The notes under the pieces are model-generated. The model did no database searches. It was given only the letters and a program-made list of their open reading frames with translations, and was not told where the DNA came from. From Halobacteriales archaeon QS_6_64_34 (GTDB lineage Archaea > Halobacteriota > Halobacteria > Halobacteriales > Haloarculaceae): a stretch of DNA of 64,000 nt. A program made the position numbers and the translations under genes. Below are positions 49,621 through 60,449 of the stretch, in pieces. The stretch covers positions 4,052-68,051 of the forward strand of contig PXRT01000005.1 in assembly GCA_003020925.1 (NCBI GenBank). Reading direction: 5' to 3'. Each line of letters starts with the position of its first letter. Position 1 is the first letter of the stretch.

Positions 49621-52353
49621 ATGGCCGTGCAATTGCGCGGTGTCGTCGTCGGCGTCGAGGAGCCAAAAACCGTCGATACGCAGTACGGCGAGTCCGAACT
49701 GTGCGAGGTGACGCTCCGGCCCGACCGGGGCGCCGGCGACCCGACGACCGTGACGCTGTGGGGCAAGTGGACCGAGACCGCGGCGTCTCTGGAGCCGGGG
49801 ATGGAATTGGCCGTCTACGAGCCCGACGAGCGCCAGTATCGGGGCGAGACGCAGTACTCCGTCGGCGGCGACGCGACTGTCGTCGTCGAACCGGACTTTC
49901 TCGTCGACGTGACCGACATCCGGGCGTGGGTGCAGTGCCCCCGGATGTACTATCTGCGGAAACTCGACGGCGCCGAACTGGCCTACCCGCTCGTGAAAGG
50001 GACTGTCGTCCACGAGGTGTTCGGGGACCTCCTTCGGGGGCGGGACGTCGAGACCGCTATCGAGGAGCAGGTCCACGAAGCGGGGCTCGATATCGGTCTG
50101 CTCGGTCGAACCGCCGACGGCGTCGCCGGCGACGTCCGGGACCACGCGAAAGCCATCGAAGGATGGCTGAATCAGGGAACGCTGACCGAAACTGACCAGT
50201 GGCGCTCCGAGATGACGCTTATCTCCGAGCGCTACGGGATGAAAGGGCGGGCCGACGCCGTCCGCCGGGGGATGCCAGTCGAGCTGAAGACCGGGAAAAA
50301 CACCAAGCGCGAGCCGCGCTTTCAGGACAAGATTCAGGCGACCGCGTACGCCCTCATGCTGGGCGAGCGAGCGGCCAACTCGCTGGACGCCAGCGCGGTG
50401 ATGGCCGGCGACGGCGGGGCCACGCAGACCCCAATCGACGCGGCGCCCGACACCGGCACGCTCCTCTATACCAAGAACGCCGCCGTCGACCGAAACGAGG
50501 AGAGCGGCGACCTCTCGCCGGCCAAGGAGTTCTCCATCGGCGCCGGCCTCCTCAAGTACGTCATCAGGGCCAGAAACGCTATCGCGGCGATGGAACACGA
50601 CACGGGCGTCCCAACCGGATACGAGGCCAACGCCAAATGCGAGTACTGCTTCGAGCAGGACACCTGCATGGCCGTCTCCGGTCGGCTGGACCAGGAATCC
50701 AAGGCCGGGCAGGTCGGCGTCGCCATCCCCGACGAGGAGCGCGACTACTTCGAGCGGTTCTACGACGCAATCGAGGCCGAGCGCCGCGCGGTCCACCGGG
50801 AGTACGCCAAGCTCTGGGAGCAGACGCCCGAGGAGCGGGCCGACGACGACCGCGCGCTGGTGAATCTGGAACCGCTCGGACGAGCGGAACTCGACGGCGG
50901 CCAGTGGGAGCTTCGGGCGAAAGGGACGGGAGCCGTCTCGAAGATTCGCGAAGGCGACTACGTCATGGCCAGCGACGGCGACCCAATCAATGGCGACGCC
51001 GAACTCGGGCGAGTTCGACGGCTCGCCGACGACGAAATCGTCGTCACGACCGACGAACCCCTCGACCTGCGCCGGCTGGACGTGTATCCCTCCGAGATAA
51101 CGACCGACCGGCTCCAGAACGCGCTCCACGACGCCCTGCTCACCCAGCCACCCGAGCGCAAAGCCGTGCTACTTGGACGCAGGGAACCGGAATTCAGCGA
51201 CGTCACGGAGACGTTCATCGACAACAACGAGGCCCAGAACGAGGCCTGCCAACTAGCCGTCGGGGCCGAGGATTTTGCCCTCGTGCACGGGCCGCCCGGG
51301 ACCGGCAAGACATACACGCTGGCGCGGATGGTCCGTGCGCTGGTTGCACAGGGTGAGAGAGTGTTGCTCTCGGCCTTTACCAACCGCGCCGTCGACAACG
51401 CAATCGAGGCGCTGGAAGACCAGGGGTTTACCGACATCGTCCGGGTCGGCACCGAGAGCGGCGTCCGCGAGGACATGCAGCAATACCGGTTGGAGCAGTC
51501 GGGCGACCCCGACGAGTGTGCGGGCCGGCTCCAGAACGCACAGGTCGTCGCGGCGACGACCGCGACCTGTGGTGGGACAGCGATGCAGTCACAGTCCTTC
51601 GACGCGGCCGTCGTCGACGAGGCCGGCCAGTTGACCGAACCGGGGACGCTGGCAGCGACGACACTCGCCGACCGGTTCGTGCTGGTCGGCGACCACCAGC
51701 AGCTCCCGCCGGTGGTCCAGTCCGACGACGAGACGCTCTCGACATCGCTGTTCGAGCGGCTCATCGAAGCGTTCCCGGACGCAGGCGTGATGCTCGACCG
51801 CCAGTATCGGATGGCCCAGCGCATTCAGGCCTTTGCCTCGCGGGAGTTCTACGACGGCCAGCTGCGGCCAGCGATGGGCGACGTAGCTGCCCAGCGTATC
51901 GACGACCTCGACGGCGTGTCGATGGACGCGCTACCCGAACACCTGCGCGACGGGGTGACCTTCGTCGACCCCGGCGGCACCCAGACGGGCAACACGAATC
52001 CGGCCGAAGCCGACGCGGTGGCGGCGACGGTCGGCGCGTATCGGGCGGCCGGTGTGCCCGCCGAGGATATCGGCGTCATCGCGCCGTTTCGCGCACAGGT
52101 GGCCGAACTGAACCGCCGGCTGCCGGACGTGGCCGTCGACACCGTCGACCGGTTTCAGGGGTCGAGCAAGGAAGTCATCGTCGTCTCCTTCGTCGCGACC
52201 GGCGGGCTGGAGGGCCCGATCTTCGAGGATTACCGGCGCATCAACGTCGCACTGACGAGAGCGAAGAAGGCGCTCGTCCTCGTCGGCGACGCCGACGCGC
52301 TCGGGACCGACCCCGTCTACGGCCGCATGGTCGAGTGGGCCGCGAACCAATGA
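49621..52353 (+). CDS. Dna2-like OB-fold + Fe-S PD-(D/E)xK nuclease + SF1 helicase
   Basis: [48 protein letters not shown]. Confidence 0.9.
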   Translation: MAVQLRGVVVGVEEPKTVDTQYGESELCEVTLRPDRGAGDPTTVTLWGKWTETAASLEPGMELAVYEPDERQYRGETQYSVGGDATVVVEPDFLVDVTDIRAWVQCPRMYYLRKLDGAELAYPLVKGTVVHEVFGDLLRGRDVETAIEEQVHEAGLDIGLLGRTADGVAGDVRDHAKAIEGWLNQGTLTETDQWRSEMTLISERYGMKGRADAVRRGMPVELKTGKNTKREPRFQDKIQATAYALMLGERAANSLDASAVMAGDGGATQTPIDAAPDTGTLLYTKNAAVDRNEESGDLSPAKEFSIGAGLLKYVIRARNAIAAMEHDTGVPTGYEANAKCEYCFEQDTCMAVSGRLDQESKAGQVGVAIPDEERDYFERFYDAIEAERRAVHREYAKLWEQTPEERADDDRALVNLEPLGRAELDGGQWELRAKGTGAVSKIREGDYVMASDGDPINGDAELGRVRRLADDEIVVTTDEPLDLRRLDVYPSEITTDRLQNALHDALLTQPPERKAVLLGRREPEFSDVTETFIDNNEAQNEACQLAVGAEDFALVHGPPGTGKTYTLARMVRALVAQGERVLLSAFTNRAVDNAIEALEDQGFTDIVRVGTESGVREDMQQYRLEQSGDPDECAGRLQNAQVVAATTATCGGTAMQSQSFDAAVVDEAGQLTEPGTLAATTLADRFVLVGDHQQLPPVVQSDDETLSTSLFERLIEAFPDAGVMLDRQYRMAQRIQAFASREFYDGQLRPAMGDVAAQRIDDLDGVSMDALPEHLRDGVTFVDPGGTQTGNTNPAEADAVAATVGAYRAAGVPAEDIGVIAPFRAQVAELNRRLPDVAVDTVDRFQGSSKEVIVVSFVATGGLEGPIFEDYRRINVALTRAKKALVLVGDADALGTDPVYGRMVEWAANQ

Positions 52354-52390
52354 ATGTTCGGTCCCACCGAACTCGAGACATGGCCGTCGG

Positions 52391-53971
52391 TCACGCGTCG
52401 CGGTCGGCCTTTCGCCCGAGCAAGTCCGTGTAGAGACGCTCGCGAAGGATGCCCCGCAGTTCTGTCGCCCGGTCGTCGTCTACGTCGTAGGCCGTGGCCG
52501 ACCCGCCGACGATGGTGCTCGTCGAGGCCGTGTCGGCCGTCACGGTCGCGAGGTCGCGGCGTCGCTGGAACGGCGAGCGGCCGACGAACACCGTCTGGAC
52601 GCGGTAGTACGGCACGACGCGCGTGGTCTGGCGCCAGAACCCCGTCCGCGTCGCCATGACGTCGTCGTCGAGCGCGATACCGCGGTGTCGCCATCGGAGG
52701 TGCGCTGCCGGCGGGACGAGCACGAACAGCCCGAGCAGGAGCCACCAGTACCCGCCTTCCAGCAGAAACGTATCGACCGCGTAGCCGACGGCGGTGACCA
52801 CGCCGGCGACGATGGCAAAACGGGCGGCGTAGCGGCGTCGGGCACGCGTGGGAGCCCGCTCGAAGTCGAGGTCGCCGAACGGTTCGATGTCCTGAGCGAG
52901 GTCGTAGACGACCGGACGCGGGGCCATCGGAACGGCGACACCCTGGCCCGACTCCCCGTTTCCACCGCTGTAGCCGGCGGTCTCGACCGCGAGGGTCGCA
53001 AAGCCGAATCGGCGCATGACCACGTTCTCACGGATAGAGACGGTCTGGACTTTCGACAGCGGGATGGTGCCGCTGTACCGGCGGAGCAACCCCCGCTCGT
53101 AGCGCAGGTCCTCGCCCTCGCGGACGAGGGTGAAGTCGTAGTACTCGACGAGGGTCAGGGCGACACTCAAGACGAGGGCGGCAACAAGGAACTGGAGGCC
53201 GACGAGAGCCACCAGTGCGACCAACCGGGGTGGGCCAAACGCCCCGAGGACCGATAGGGAAAGCGAGGAGCCCCCGCCCACCAGCCCGAGATTGAAGCGG
53301 AGGACACCGGCCAGGATATCGAAGCCCAGCGGGAGGCCGACGAGCAGGAGGACCGGTGCGGCCGGCCGAACCGAGACGAGCGCATAGGTCAGGAGGTCGC
53401 GGGTCGAGAACGCGAACAGCTCCTCGGTGTCGGGCCCGTCGGATGGGTCAGCGGCAACGCCGGTCGATTGTTCGGTCTCGGACTCGTCCGCCCCGTTCGC
53501 CTCGGCGCTCGTCAGCTCGGTCCCACGGTCAGTTGCCTTTCCACGACGCTGGACGAGGCGGCGCAACCGCTCGGCCTCGGCCCCGTCGACGGCGTCGAGC
53601 GTGGCCTCGGTGGCGGCCCCGCCAGCGGTCTCGAAGGCCACGACGGAGAGGCCCAGGAGCCGGTTCAGGATACCCTGTCTGGCGTCGACGTTCTGGATAC
53701 GGCCGAGGGGTATCTCCCGCGATTGCCGGGCGAAGACGCCGGATTCGACCCGCAAGGTGTCGCCCTCGATTTCGTAGGTAAAGCGGTAGTACCGCGCGAG
53801 CGCGAACCCGCCGACGACCAGCGCCAGCGCCGGAACCACCAGGGGGGCGGCCCCGGCGGGCAGTCCCAGAACGCCGACCAGCGTGGTCCCGGCGATGAGG
53901 CCGAAAAACGCGCCCTGGAGCAGTCCGCGACCGACCTTCAGCGCTCCGCTGAGCGGATGAAGGCGTCTCAT
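52391..53971 (-). CDS. Bacterial PH-domain membrane protein (YdbT-like)
   Basis: Three bPH_2 repeats (IPLGRIQNV, IPLSKVQTV, VPYYRVQTV). Confidence 0.87.
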   Translation of the reverse strand: MRRLHPLSGALKVGRGLLQGAFFGLIAGTTLVGVLGLPAGAAPLVVPALALVVGGFALARYYRFTYEIEGDTLRVESGVFARQSREIPLGRIQNVDARQGILNRLLGLSVVAFETAGGAATEATLDAVDGAEAERLRRLVQRRGKATDRGTELTSAEANGADESETEQSTGVAADPSDGPDTEELFAFSTRDLLTYALVSVRPAAPVLLLVGLPLGFDILAGVLRFNLGLVGGGSSLSLSVLGAFGPPRLVALVALVGLQFLVAALVLSVALTLVEYYDFTLVREGEDLRYERGLLRRYSGTIPLSKVQTVSIRENVVMRRFGFATLAVETAGYSGGNGESGQGVAVPMAPRPVVYDLAQDIEPFGDLDFERAPTRARRRYAARFAIVAGVVTAVGYAVDTFLLEGGYWWLLLGLFVLVPPAAHLRWRHRGIALDDDVMATRTGFWRQTTRVVPYYRVQTVFVGRSPFQRRRDLATVTADTASTSTIVGGSATAYDVDDDRATELRGILRERLYTDLLGRKADRDA

Positions 53972-54429
53972 ACCGCGTCCGTCGCCTCGCTCTCGCCGGC
54001 GAGGTCCCGCAGGCGTTCACGCAGTTCCGTCGCTCGTTCGGGCCCCAGTCCCGGAATCGTGATGTCGGCGCCCCGTGAGCCGGCGGTGTAGACGACGACG
54101 CTTGCGAGCCCGGCGGTTCGTTCGACGGGTCCGCGCGTGGTGTCAACGTGCTGGACTCTGACGTACGGGACCGAGGTGTCGGTTCGTGTCACCACCCCGC
54201 GAACGAGAAAGAGCGCGTCGTCCTGTAACTCGAAGCGCCAGATGCGGTGGGCCAGGACGGCGTGGACAGCGCCCAGAGCGACGAGTGCGACCCAGCCGGC
54301 GACGGCGAACTGGAGGGGCAACGAGACGACAAACCGGTCCACGACGAGCGCGATGCCGACGAGAACCAGGCCGCTGAAGGCGGTCCGACCCGCCCACAAC
54401 AGCCTGACACGCGGGTGCAACGACTCCAT
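53968..54429 (-). CDS. Bacterial PH-domain membrane protein (YdbS-like)
   Basis: VPYVRVQHVD..GPVER..GLA..YTAG. Confidence 0.87.
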   Translation of the reverse strand: MESLHPRVRLLWAGRTAFSGLVLVGIALVVDRFVVSLPLQFAVAGWVALVALGAVHAVLAHRIWRFELQDDALFLVRGVVTRTDTSVPYVRVQHVDTTRGPVERTAGLASVVVYTAGSRGADITIPGLGPERATELRERLRDLAGESEATDAV

Positions 54430-54500
54430 ACTGGGTCGTGGGCCGAGCGTCGGATTAAACGCACGCTCCGGGCCCGCAACAGGACGCCGCCGGACAGCGG

Positions 54501-57239
54501 TCAATCGTCTACCGCCACGGCGTCTTTCCCCTCGATTGCCTCCATAACCCGGCGGTGGAACTCCGCCAGCACGGCGGACTCGTCCTCGGCCAGCACCACG
54601 TCGGAGGCCAGCAGCGTCGCCAGGCCGAAGGCCCGTGGCGAGGGGGAATCGACGCGTATCGTCCGTACCGCCAGCGCGCCCCGCTCGATATCGGCCAACA
54701 CGTCTTCGATGGCGTCGACGTTGAGCTTGTCCTGGAGAATCTCGCGATAGGTCTCCTCGACGACGGCGAAGTCCCCGAGGTCCTCGGCGAATCCCAGCAG
54801 CATCTCCGCCGAGACCTGCTGTTCGCTGGCGGACTTCTCGTACCCCTTGTACCGCTTGAGAATCATCAGCGAGCGAGTGGCGTTGATGCGGAAGTACCGC
54901 TGGAGGAGGTCCGTTCCCGAAAGGGCCGCCCGGAGGTCATCCCGGACGTCGGCGGGGTCGATATCCCGGACGATGCGCTCGATGTCGACCTTCCGATTGA
55001 GCGGCATCGAGAGCGTGAAGCCGTTGTCGGCGACGGCAACCTGGACGTTGGCGCTTGCGGCCTGTGCGACCCGGTAGGCCAGCAGGCGCGAGAAGCCGTC
55101 GTTGAACCGCCGGCCGTAGTTGGAGTGGACGTGGTAGTGCCGTTCGTACTCGTCGTGGTCCATCGCCTCCTCAATTACCAGTCGCTCGTCCGTGGCGACG
55201 CTCTCGGCGCCGGCGTAGGCCACCTGGTCGCGAAACATCCGCGCGATAGCCCGAACGGAGTTCTCGTCCAGCGGGACGGTTCTGAGCCAGTTGCGGACCG
55301 CCGAGAGCCCGCCGGCGTCGAGGTTCGCCAGCAGTTCGCGCTGGAAGGTCAGAATCTCGCGCCCGAGGTCATACGAGAGCGGGAGCCGTTCGGAGAACCA
55401 CGACGGAACCGTGGGCCGGGCCGCCGTGGGGTCGACGTACACCTTCGACCCCCGCCGGTAGCGATATTCGAAGTTCGACCCGCCCAGCACGAAGACGTCG
55501 CCTTTCCCCAGCGTGTCCAGATACGACTCGTCGAGTTGCCCCACCCACTCGTCGCCGCTGCGGGTGATGACGTCACAGGTAAAAGAGTCCGGGATGGTCC
55601 CGATGTTGGTCATGTAGATGACCCGGGCCAGCCGCCCGCGCTTGCCGATGAGGGGCTCGCCCACGTCGTACTCCTCGTAGTGGTATTCGCCGTCGGGCGG
55701 GTCGTTGGTGTCGCGCCATATCTTCGCGTAGACGTTCTTGCCCTCCATGCCGGGATAGTCGGCAGTGAGATAGCGACAGAGCTGTTCCCACTGTTCGTCC
55801 GCGTAGTTCCGGTAGGGGTAGGCCCGTTCGAGGATGCCCCTGATGTCAGCTTCGGGCCGGACCTCGTTGATGGCCATCCCGTAGACGTGCTGTGTCGCAA
55901 CGTCTTGGGCGTCCTCGGGGATGAACACGCGGTCGACGAAGCCGTCGATGGCCTTCCCGAGCATCACCGCACACTCGATGAGTTCGTCGCGGTCTAAGGC
56001 GATGACCCGCCCCTCGACGGTCTCGCCGAGCTGGTGGCCCGCCCGCCCCACCCGCTGGAGCAGGGCGGCGACGGACTTGGGGGAGCCGACCTGAACGACG
56101 AGGTCGATGTATGGCATGTCGATACCCAGCTCCAGACTCGTCGAGGTCGTCACGATGTCCAGTTCGCCACCTTTCAGCTGCTCCTCTATCTCGTGGCGCT
56201 TGTCCTTCGAGAGCGACCCGTGGTGACAGCCCGAGTTGTCCTCGTCGTAGTCGTCGTAGCGCTCCCGGAGGTTCTGGAGGACGCGCTCGGCACCGGAGCG
56301 CGTGTTGGTAAACACGAGCGTGTTGGTGTGGTCCTGGACGTGCTCGTGAAGCTGGCGGTAGAACCGGTCGGTGACGACGCTGCTCGGCGTGTCTATGAGG
56401 TCGTCGGTCGGACAGCTCAGTTCGACGTCGAGGTCGCGGACGAACCTGGTGTCGACGAGTTCGTACGGTCGGGAGTCGCCGCCGGGCTCCTCGCGGCCGA
56501 CCAGAAACTCGGCGACCGTCTCCAGGGGCTCGACCGTCGCCGAACAGCCGATTCGCGTGGGCGACTCATCGGCCATCGCCTCTAGACGTTCCAGTGACAC
56601 CGAGAGATGGGTGCCTCGCTTGTTCTCCGCGAGGCTGTGAATCTCGTCGACGACGACGTACTCCACGGTTTCGAGTTTCTGCTGGAACTTCGGGGAGTTC
56701 AGCAGGATAGCAAGCGTCTCCGGCGTCGTGTTGAGGATGTGCGGTGTCGTCTCGAGCATCGCCTGCCGGTCGGTGCTTGAGGTGTCGCCGTGGCGGATGG
56801 CGTGGCGAATCTCGACGTCCTCCCCGCGCTCGTCGAGTTTGTCGGTGATGCCTTCGAGGGGAACGGTGAGGTTCCGGTGGATGTCGTTTGCCAGGGACTT
56901 CAGCGGCGAGACGTAGAGACAGTAGACGCTGTTGTCGAGGCTGTCCTCGCGGGCCTTGCCGAACAGCTCGTTGATGATGGCAGTAAAGGAGGCAAGGGTC
57001 TTTCCCGAGCCGGTCGGCGCACAGACCAGGGCGTTTTCCCTCTCGTGGATGAGCGGAATCGCCTCCTTCTGTGGCGGCGTGAAAAAGCCCCCGTTGCCGG
57101 GGACGAACTCGCCGAACTCCTCGACCCACCACTGTGCGACCACGGGCGCAAGCCGGTCGAGCACCTCGGCGTCGTCGATATCGACCGATGCCGCGTCGAA
57201 AGCGGGGTCGGTGGCGGCGAGACGCTCGCGGGGGTCCAT
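54501..57239 (-). CDS. lhr: Lhr-family SF2 helicase
   Basis: APTGSGKT, DEIH, SAT, HHGSLS, QRVGRAGH, NIGTIP. Confidence 0.92.
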   Translation of the reverse strand: MDPRERLAATDPAFDAASVDIDDAEVLDRLAPVVAQWWVEEFGEFVPGNGGFFTPPQKEAIPLIHERENALVCAPTGSGKTLASFTAIINELFGKAREDSLDNSVYCLYVSPLKSLANDIHRNLTVPLEGITDKLDERGEDVEIRHAIRHGDTSSTDRQAMLETTPHILNTTPETLAILLNSPKFQQKLETVEYVVVDEIHSLAENKRGTHLSVSLERLEAMADESPTRIGCSATVEPLETVAEFLVGREEPGGDSRPYELVDTRFVRDLDVELSCPTDDLIDTPSSVVTDRFYRQLHEHVQDHTNTLVFTNTRSGAERVLQNLRERYDDYDEDNSGCHHGSLSKDKRHEIEEQLKGGELDIVTTSTSLELGIDMPYIDLVVQVGSPKSVAALLQRVGRAGHQLGETVEGRVIALDRDELIECAVMLGKAIDGFVDRVFIPEDAQDVATQHVYGMAINEVRPEADIRGILERAYPYRNYADEQWEQLCRYLTADYPGMEGKNVYAKIWRDTNDPPDGEYHYEEYDVGEPLIGKRGRLARVIYMTNIGTIPDSFTCDVITRSGDEWVGQLDESYLDTLGKGDVFVLGGSNFEYRYRRGSKVYVDPTAARPTVPSWFSERLPLSYDLGREILTFQRELLANLDAGGLSAVRNWLRTVPLDENSVRAIARMFRDQVAYAGAESVATDERLVIEEAMDHDEYERHYHVHSNYGRRFNDGFSRLLAYRVAQAASANVQVAVADNGFTLSMPLNRKVDIERIVRDIDPADVRDDLRAALSGTDLLQRYFRINATRSLMILKRYKGYEKSASEQQVSAEMLLGFAEDLGDFAVVEETYREILQDKLNVDAIEDVLADIERGALAVRTIRVDSPSPRAFGLATLLASDVVLAEDESAVLAEFHRRVMEAIEGKDAVAVDD

Positions 57240-57348
57240 CGTCTGGATAGAAGTTGGCGCGGACGGACAAGTGGGTTCCGGGACCGTCGGTCAAACGACC
57301 GTGGTCGCCTCCACGAGATTCATTACGCTGGCCGTCAGTGAGTGGCGT

Positions 57349-58128
57349 ATGTCCCTCCTCCCCTCCAGAGGCCCCGACGCCAGCGCGTCACAGGACGGTG
57401 AGTTGCAGGTCGTCGGCGTCGACGAGGACGTCGCCTCTGTCCTCGACGCGCTCTCCTCGGAGACGGCCCGGGATATACTCAACGCCGTCTACGAGGAGCC
57501 CGGAACCCCGTCGGAACTGTCCGACCGCCTCGATATGTCCATCCAGAAGGTCTCCTACCACCTCGAGAAGCTCGAATCCGAGGAACTCATCGCCGTCGCC
57601 GGCACCCAGTACTCCGAGAAGGGCCAGGAGATGACGGTGTACGAACCGCCCGACGACCCGCTCGTCGTCTTCGTCGGCACGCCCGACCGCAAGCGGACGC
57701 TTCGCTCGCTGTTCGAGCGCCTCGTCCCCGCAATCGGCTTGCTCACGGCTGCGAGTGTCATGGTACAGGCCGTATTCGGGACGATACCGGGCCTGTTCGG
57801 TTCGCCAGAACCCGCTGGCGGGTCGGACGCCGGCCCGAGCGCGGATAGTAACACCACCGGCGCCAACGAGACGACGGCCACCCCGGAGCCGACACCGACC
57901 GAAGGCGACGACGTCGGCATCATGGAAACGACGGAGCAACCGACCGAGACGCCGGCGCCGTCGACCACCGAGCCGTCGACGCCGGTCGAGATGGCGGGGG
58001 AGGCCACGGAGACGGCGACAGCCGTCGCGAGCGGTGGCGGGCTGGACCTCGAACCGGGCGTCACGTTCTTCCTCGGTGGCCTCCTCGTTCTGGCTGTCGT
58101 CGGGGTGACCTGGGCCTACACTGTGTAG
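57349..58128 (+). CDS. ArsR-type HTH regulator with membrane anchors
   Basis: ALSSETARDIL, SIQKVSYHL, SEKG; two TM helices around a Thr/Pro linker. Confidence 0.83.
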   Translation: MSLLPSRGPDASASQDGELQVVGVDEDVASVLDALSSETARDILNAVYEEPGTPSELSDRLDMSIQKVSYHLEKLESEELIAVAGTQYSEKGQEMTVYEPPDDPLVVFVGTPDRKRTLRSLFERLVPAIGLLTAASVMVQAVFGTIPGLFGSPEPAGGSDAGPSADSNTTGANETTATPEPTPTEGDDVGIMETTEQPTETPAPSTTEPSTPVEMAGEATETATAVASGGGLDLEPGVTFFLGGLLVLAVVGVTWAYTV

Positions 58129-58303
58129 CTCAAACGCGGTTTTGACCCTCGGATGGACTCTTTACGTAGCCGCCAGTAGCCCCGGGCCGCCGCCCGACAC
58201 GTCCGCCCGCGTGTCCTCCTTCCCCGACGGCGGCCACCACCGGTTCCCCGGCGCTCCCCGCTGACGCAGGAATCCCTTTGCCTCTCCCCCCACAACGTGG
58301 CGT

Positions 58304-59065
58304 ATGCGACTCACGTTTCTGGGAACCGGGAGCGCGATGCCCACCGGGCGACGCGCGCAGTCCGGCACACTGCTCGAAACCGACGAGTACGCGCTGTTGG
58401 TCGACTGTGGCAGCGGCGTCCTCGACGCGCTCGCACGGACCGACACCGGCTACGAAGGCGTCGACGCCGTCCTCCTGACCCACCACCATCTGGACCACGT
58501 CTCGGACCTCGACGTGCTCATGAAAGCGCGCTGGCTGGCCGGCGAGACCGACCTCACGATAGCCGGCCCGCCCGGGACGGCCACACTCGTCGAGGACCTG
58601 CTCGCCGTCCACGAGTACATGCAAGAGCGCCTCGACCTGACGCTGGTCGATATCGAGGCGTCCGGATTCTCGCTGGCGGGTTTCGACGGCGAGTGGCTGG
58701 AGACCCGCCACTCGATGCAGTGTTTCGCCTACAGACTCACACCGTCGGCAGGCGGGCCGACGGTCGCCTTCAGCGGCGACTCCGAGGCCTTTCACGAACT
58801 CGTCGAGTTCGCCAACGGCGCGGCCGTGTTCGTCCACGACTGCTCGTTTCCCGACGACGTGGACGTTTCGAACCACCCCACGCCGACGAGCCTCGGGCGG
58901 GCCCTGGCCGAGGCCGACGCGGACCTGGGCCGCGTCTATCTGAATCACCTGTATCCCCACACCGAGGGTCGCCACGAGGAGATGCTGTCATCGCTTGCCG
59001 AGGGCTACGACGGCGACGTTCGTTTTGCACAGGACGGACTCTCGATGACGGTCGAAGAGGGCTGA
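58304..59065 (+). CDS. MBL-fold hydrolase (RNase Z-like)
   Basis: FLGTGS, THHHLDH, SGDS, HLYP. Confidence 0.88.
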   Translation: MRLTFLGTGSAMPTGRRAQSGTLLETDEYALLVDCGSGVLDALARTDTGYEGVDAVLLTHHHLDHVSDLDVLMKARWLAGETDLTIAGPPGTATLVEDLLAVHEYMQERLDLTLVDIEASGFSLAGFDGEWLETRHSMQCFAYRLTPSAGGPTVAFSGDSEAFHELVEFANGAAVFVHDCSFPDDVDVSNHPTPTSLGRALAEADADLGRVYLNHLYPHTEGRHEEMLSSLAEGYDGDVRFAQDGLSMTVEEG

Positions 59066-59083
59066 GAACGCCCCTCCCGAGTA

Positions 59084-60241
59084 TCAGGCCCGCTGGAGCG
59101 TCACGCGAAACTCCGCGCCGCCCATCTCGCTGTTGCCCACCGTGACACCGCCGCCGTAGGACTCGGTGAGCGCGCGAACGAAGCCGAGCCCGAACCCGGT
59201 CCCCGAACTCTCGGGGCCCTTCGCACCCATCTCGAATATCTCCGAGCGGACCGCCTCCGGGACCCCCGAGCCGTCGTCGGCGAACTCGACGACGACGGAG
59301 TCGTCGCCCGTCACCTCCACCGAGATGCCCATCTGGACCGCCCCCTCGTTGTGGACGGCGGCGTTCGAGATGAGGTTCGTGAACACGGAGTCGAGCAGGT
59401 CGCCGCTGTAGACGCGGTAGTCGGCCGTTTCGGGGTCGAAATCGACGGTCAGCTCCGGGAAGTTCGCGTCGACCTCGGCGGCCGTCTCCTCGAGAATCCC
59501 CCGGAGGTCCCGGGGTTCAGGCTCGTCTTGCTCCTCCAGGGTGCTCACGAGGTTACCGACCCGCTCGATGAGGTCGGCGGAACTCTCGGCGGCCCGCTGT
59601 ATCTTGCTCACGTACTCCTCGGTCTGGCCCTCGACCTCGCTTGCGACCGCGTCGGCAAACCCGGCGATAATCTGGAGGTCGTTGCCCAGGTCGTGGCGCA
59701 GGAGCCGGTCGTACATCTCTATCATCTCCTTGCGCGTCTCGAGGTCCTGGCGGGCCCGTTCGAGCCGTTCGCGGGAACGGATGTTACTGATGGCCGTGGC
59801 CGCGTGGGAGGCCAGAATCTCCAGCGGGCGGCTGTACTCGTCGCCGAACGTGTCCACTGAGGTCGAGCGGGTGACGAGGATAGCGGTCACCTCGCCGCCG
59901 ACCTGTGCCGGGACTGCCAGCGTCGCCGTCACGTCCGAGTCGCTCTCGAGTCCGGCCTCGGGTCCGGTCGTGACGACGGTCTCGCCGTCTTCGAGGGCCT
60001 GTCTGGCGACCGAGCCGGGTTGGCCCCCCTGGGTCAGTCGCGGGTTCGTGCTGTGGACCACCTCGGGTTCACCGTCTCGAACTTCGATGAACGTCGAGTA
60101 GGAGAACTGGAACAGCAGTGACATCGCCTCAAGCGTCAGCGAGACTACCTCCTCGACGGACTCACACCGATTGAGTGCCTGCCCGTACTTGTTGAGGTCC
60201 GCGACCTGGCGCGCGAAATCCTGCTGTTCTTCAAATGACAT
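59084..60241 (-). CDS. GAF-domain sensor histidine kinase
   Basis: RHDLGN, NLISNA, DDGSG, GFGL. Confidence 0.9.
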   Translation of the reverse strand: MSFEEQQDFARQVADLNKYGQALNRCESVEEVVSLTLEAMSLLFQFSYSTFIEVRDGEPEVVHSTNPRLTQGGQPGSVARQALEDGETVVTTGPEAGLESDSDVTATLAVPAQVGGEVTAILVTRSTSVDTFGDEYSRPLEILASHAATAISNIRSRERLERARQDLETRKEMIEMYDRLLRHDLGNDLQIIAGFADAVASEVEGQTEEYVSKIQRAAESSADLIERVGNLVSTLEEQDEPEPRDLRGILEETAAEVDANFPELTVDFDPETADYRVYSGDLLDSVFTNLISNAAVHNEGAVQMGISVEVTGDDSVVVEFADDGSGVPEAVRSEIFEMGAKGPESSGTGFGLGFVRALTESYGGGVTVGNSEMGGAEFRVTLQRA

Positions 60242-60449
60242 GCTGGTGCATCCCCGATTCGTATTGAATTTGTCGGTACCAGTATAAAAATGGCCCCCGG
60301 AGATTACCAAATTCGATACTCCCACGGGCGCGGCCCCTGTCCTGCCATGCCCACTGCTCGTACTGGCGGCAGTATCGCATGGAGTGTTGGCGTCCCGTCC
60401 CAGCGTTGCCGGCCTCATCTCGACCGGGAAACAGCTGCGGCAACCCGTA

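Noticed and set aside
49621-52353. Cas4-like domain as a sign of CRISPR-Cas
   Set aside because: No repeat-spacer array or other cas genes seen; the domain is part of a Dna2-like fusion.
54501-57239. Inteins in Lhr, Cdc48 or PolY
   Set aside because: Lengths are normal and no splice-junction or LAGLIDADG blocks are evident.
58130-58300. SRP or RNase P RNA
   Set aside because: Too short and lacks the conserved motifs.
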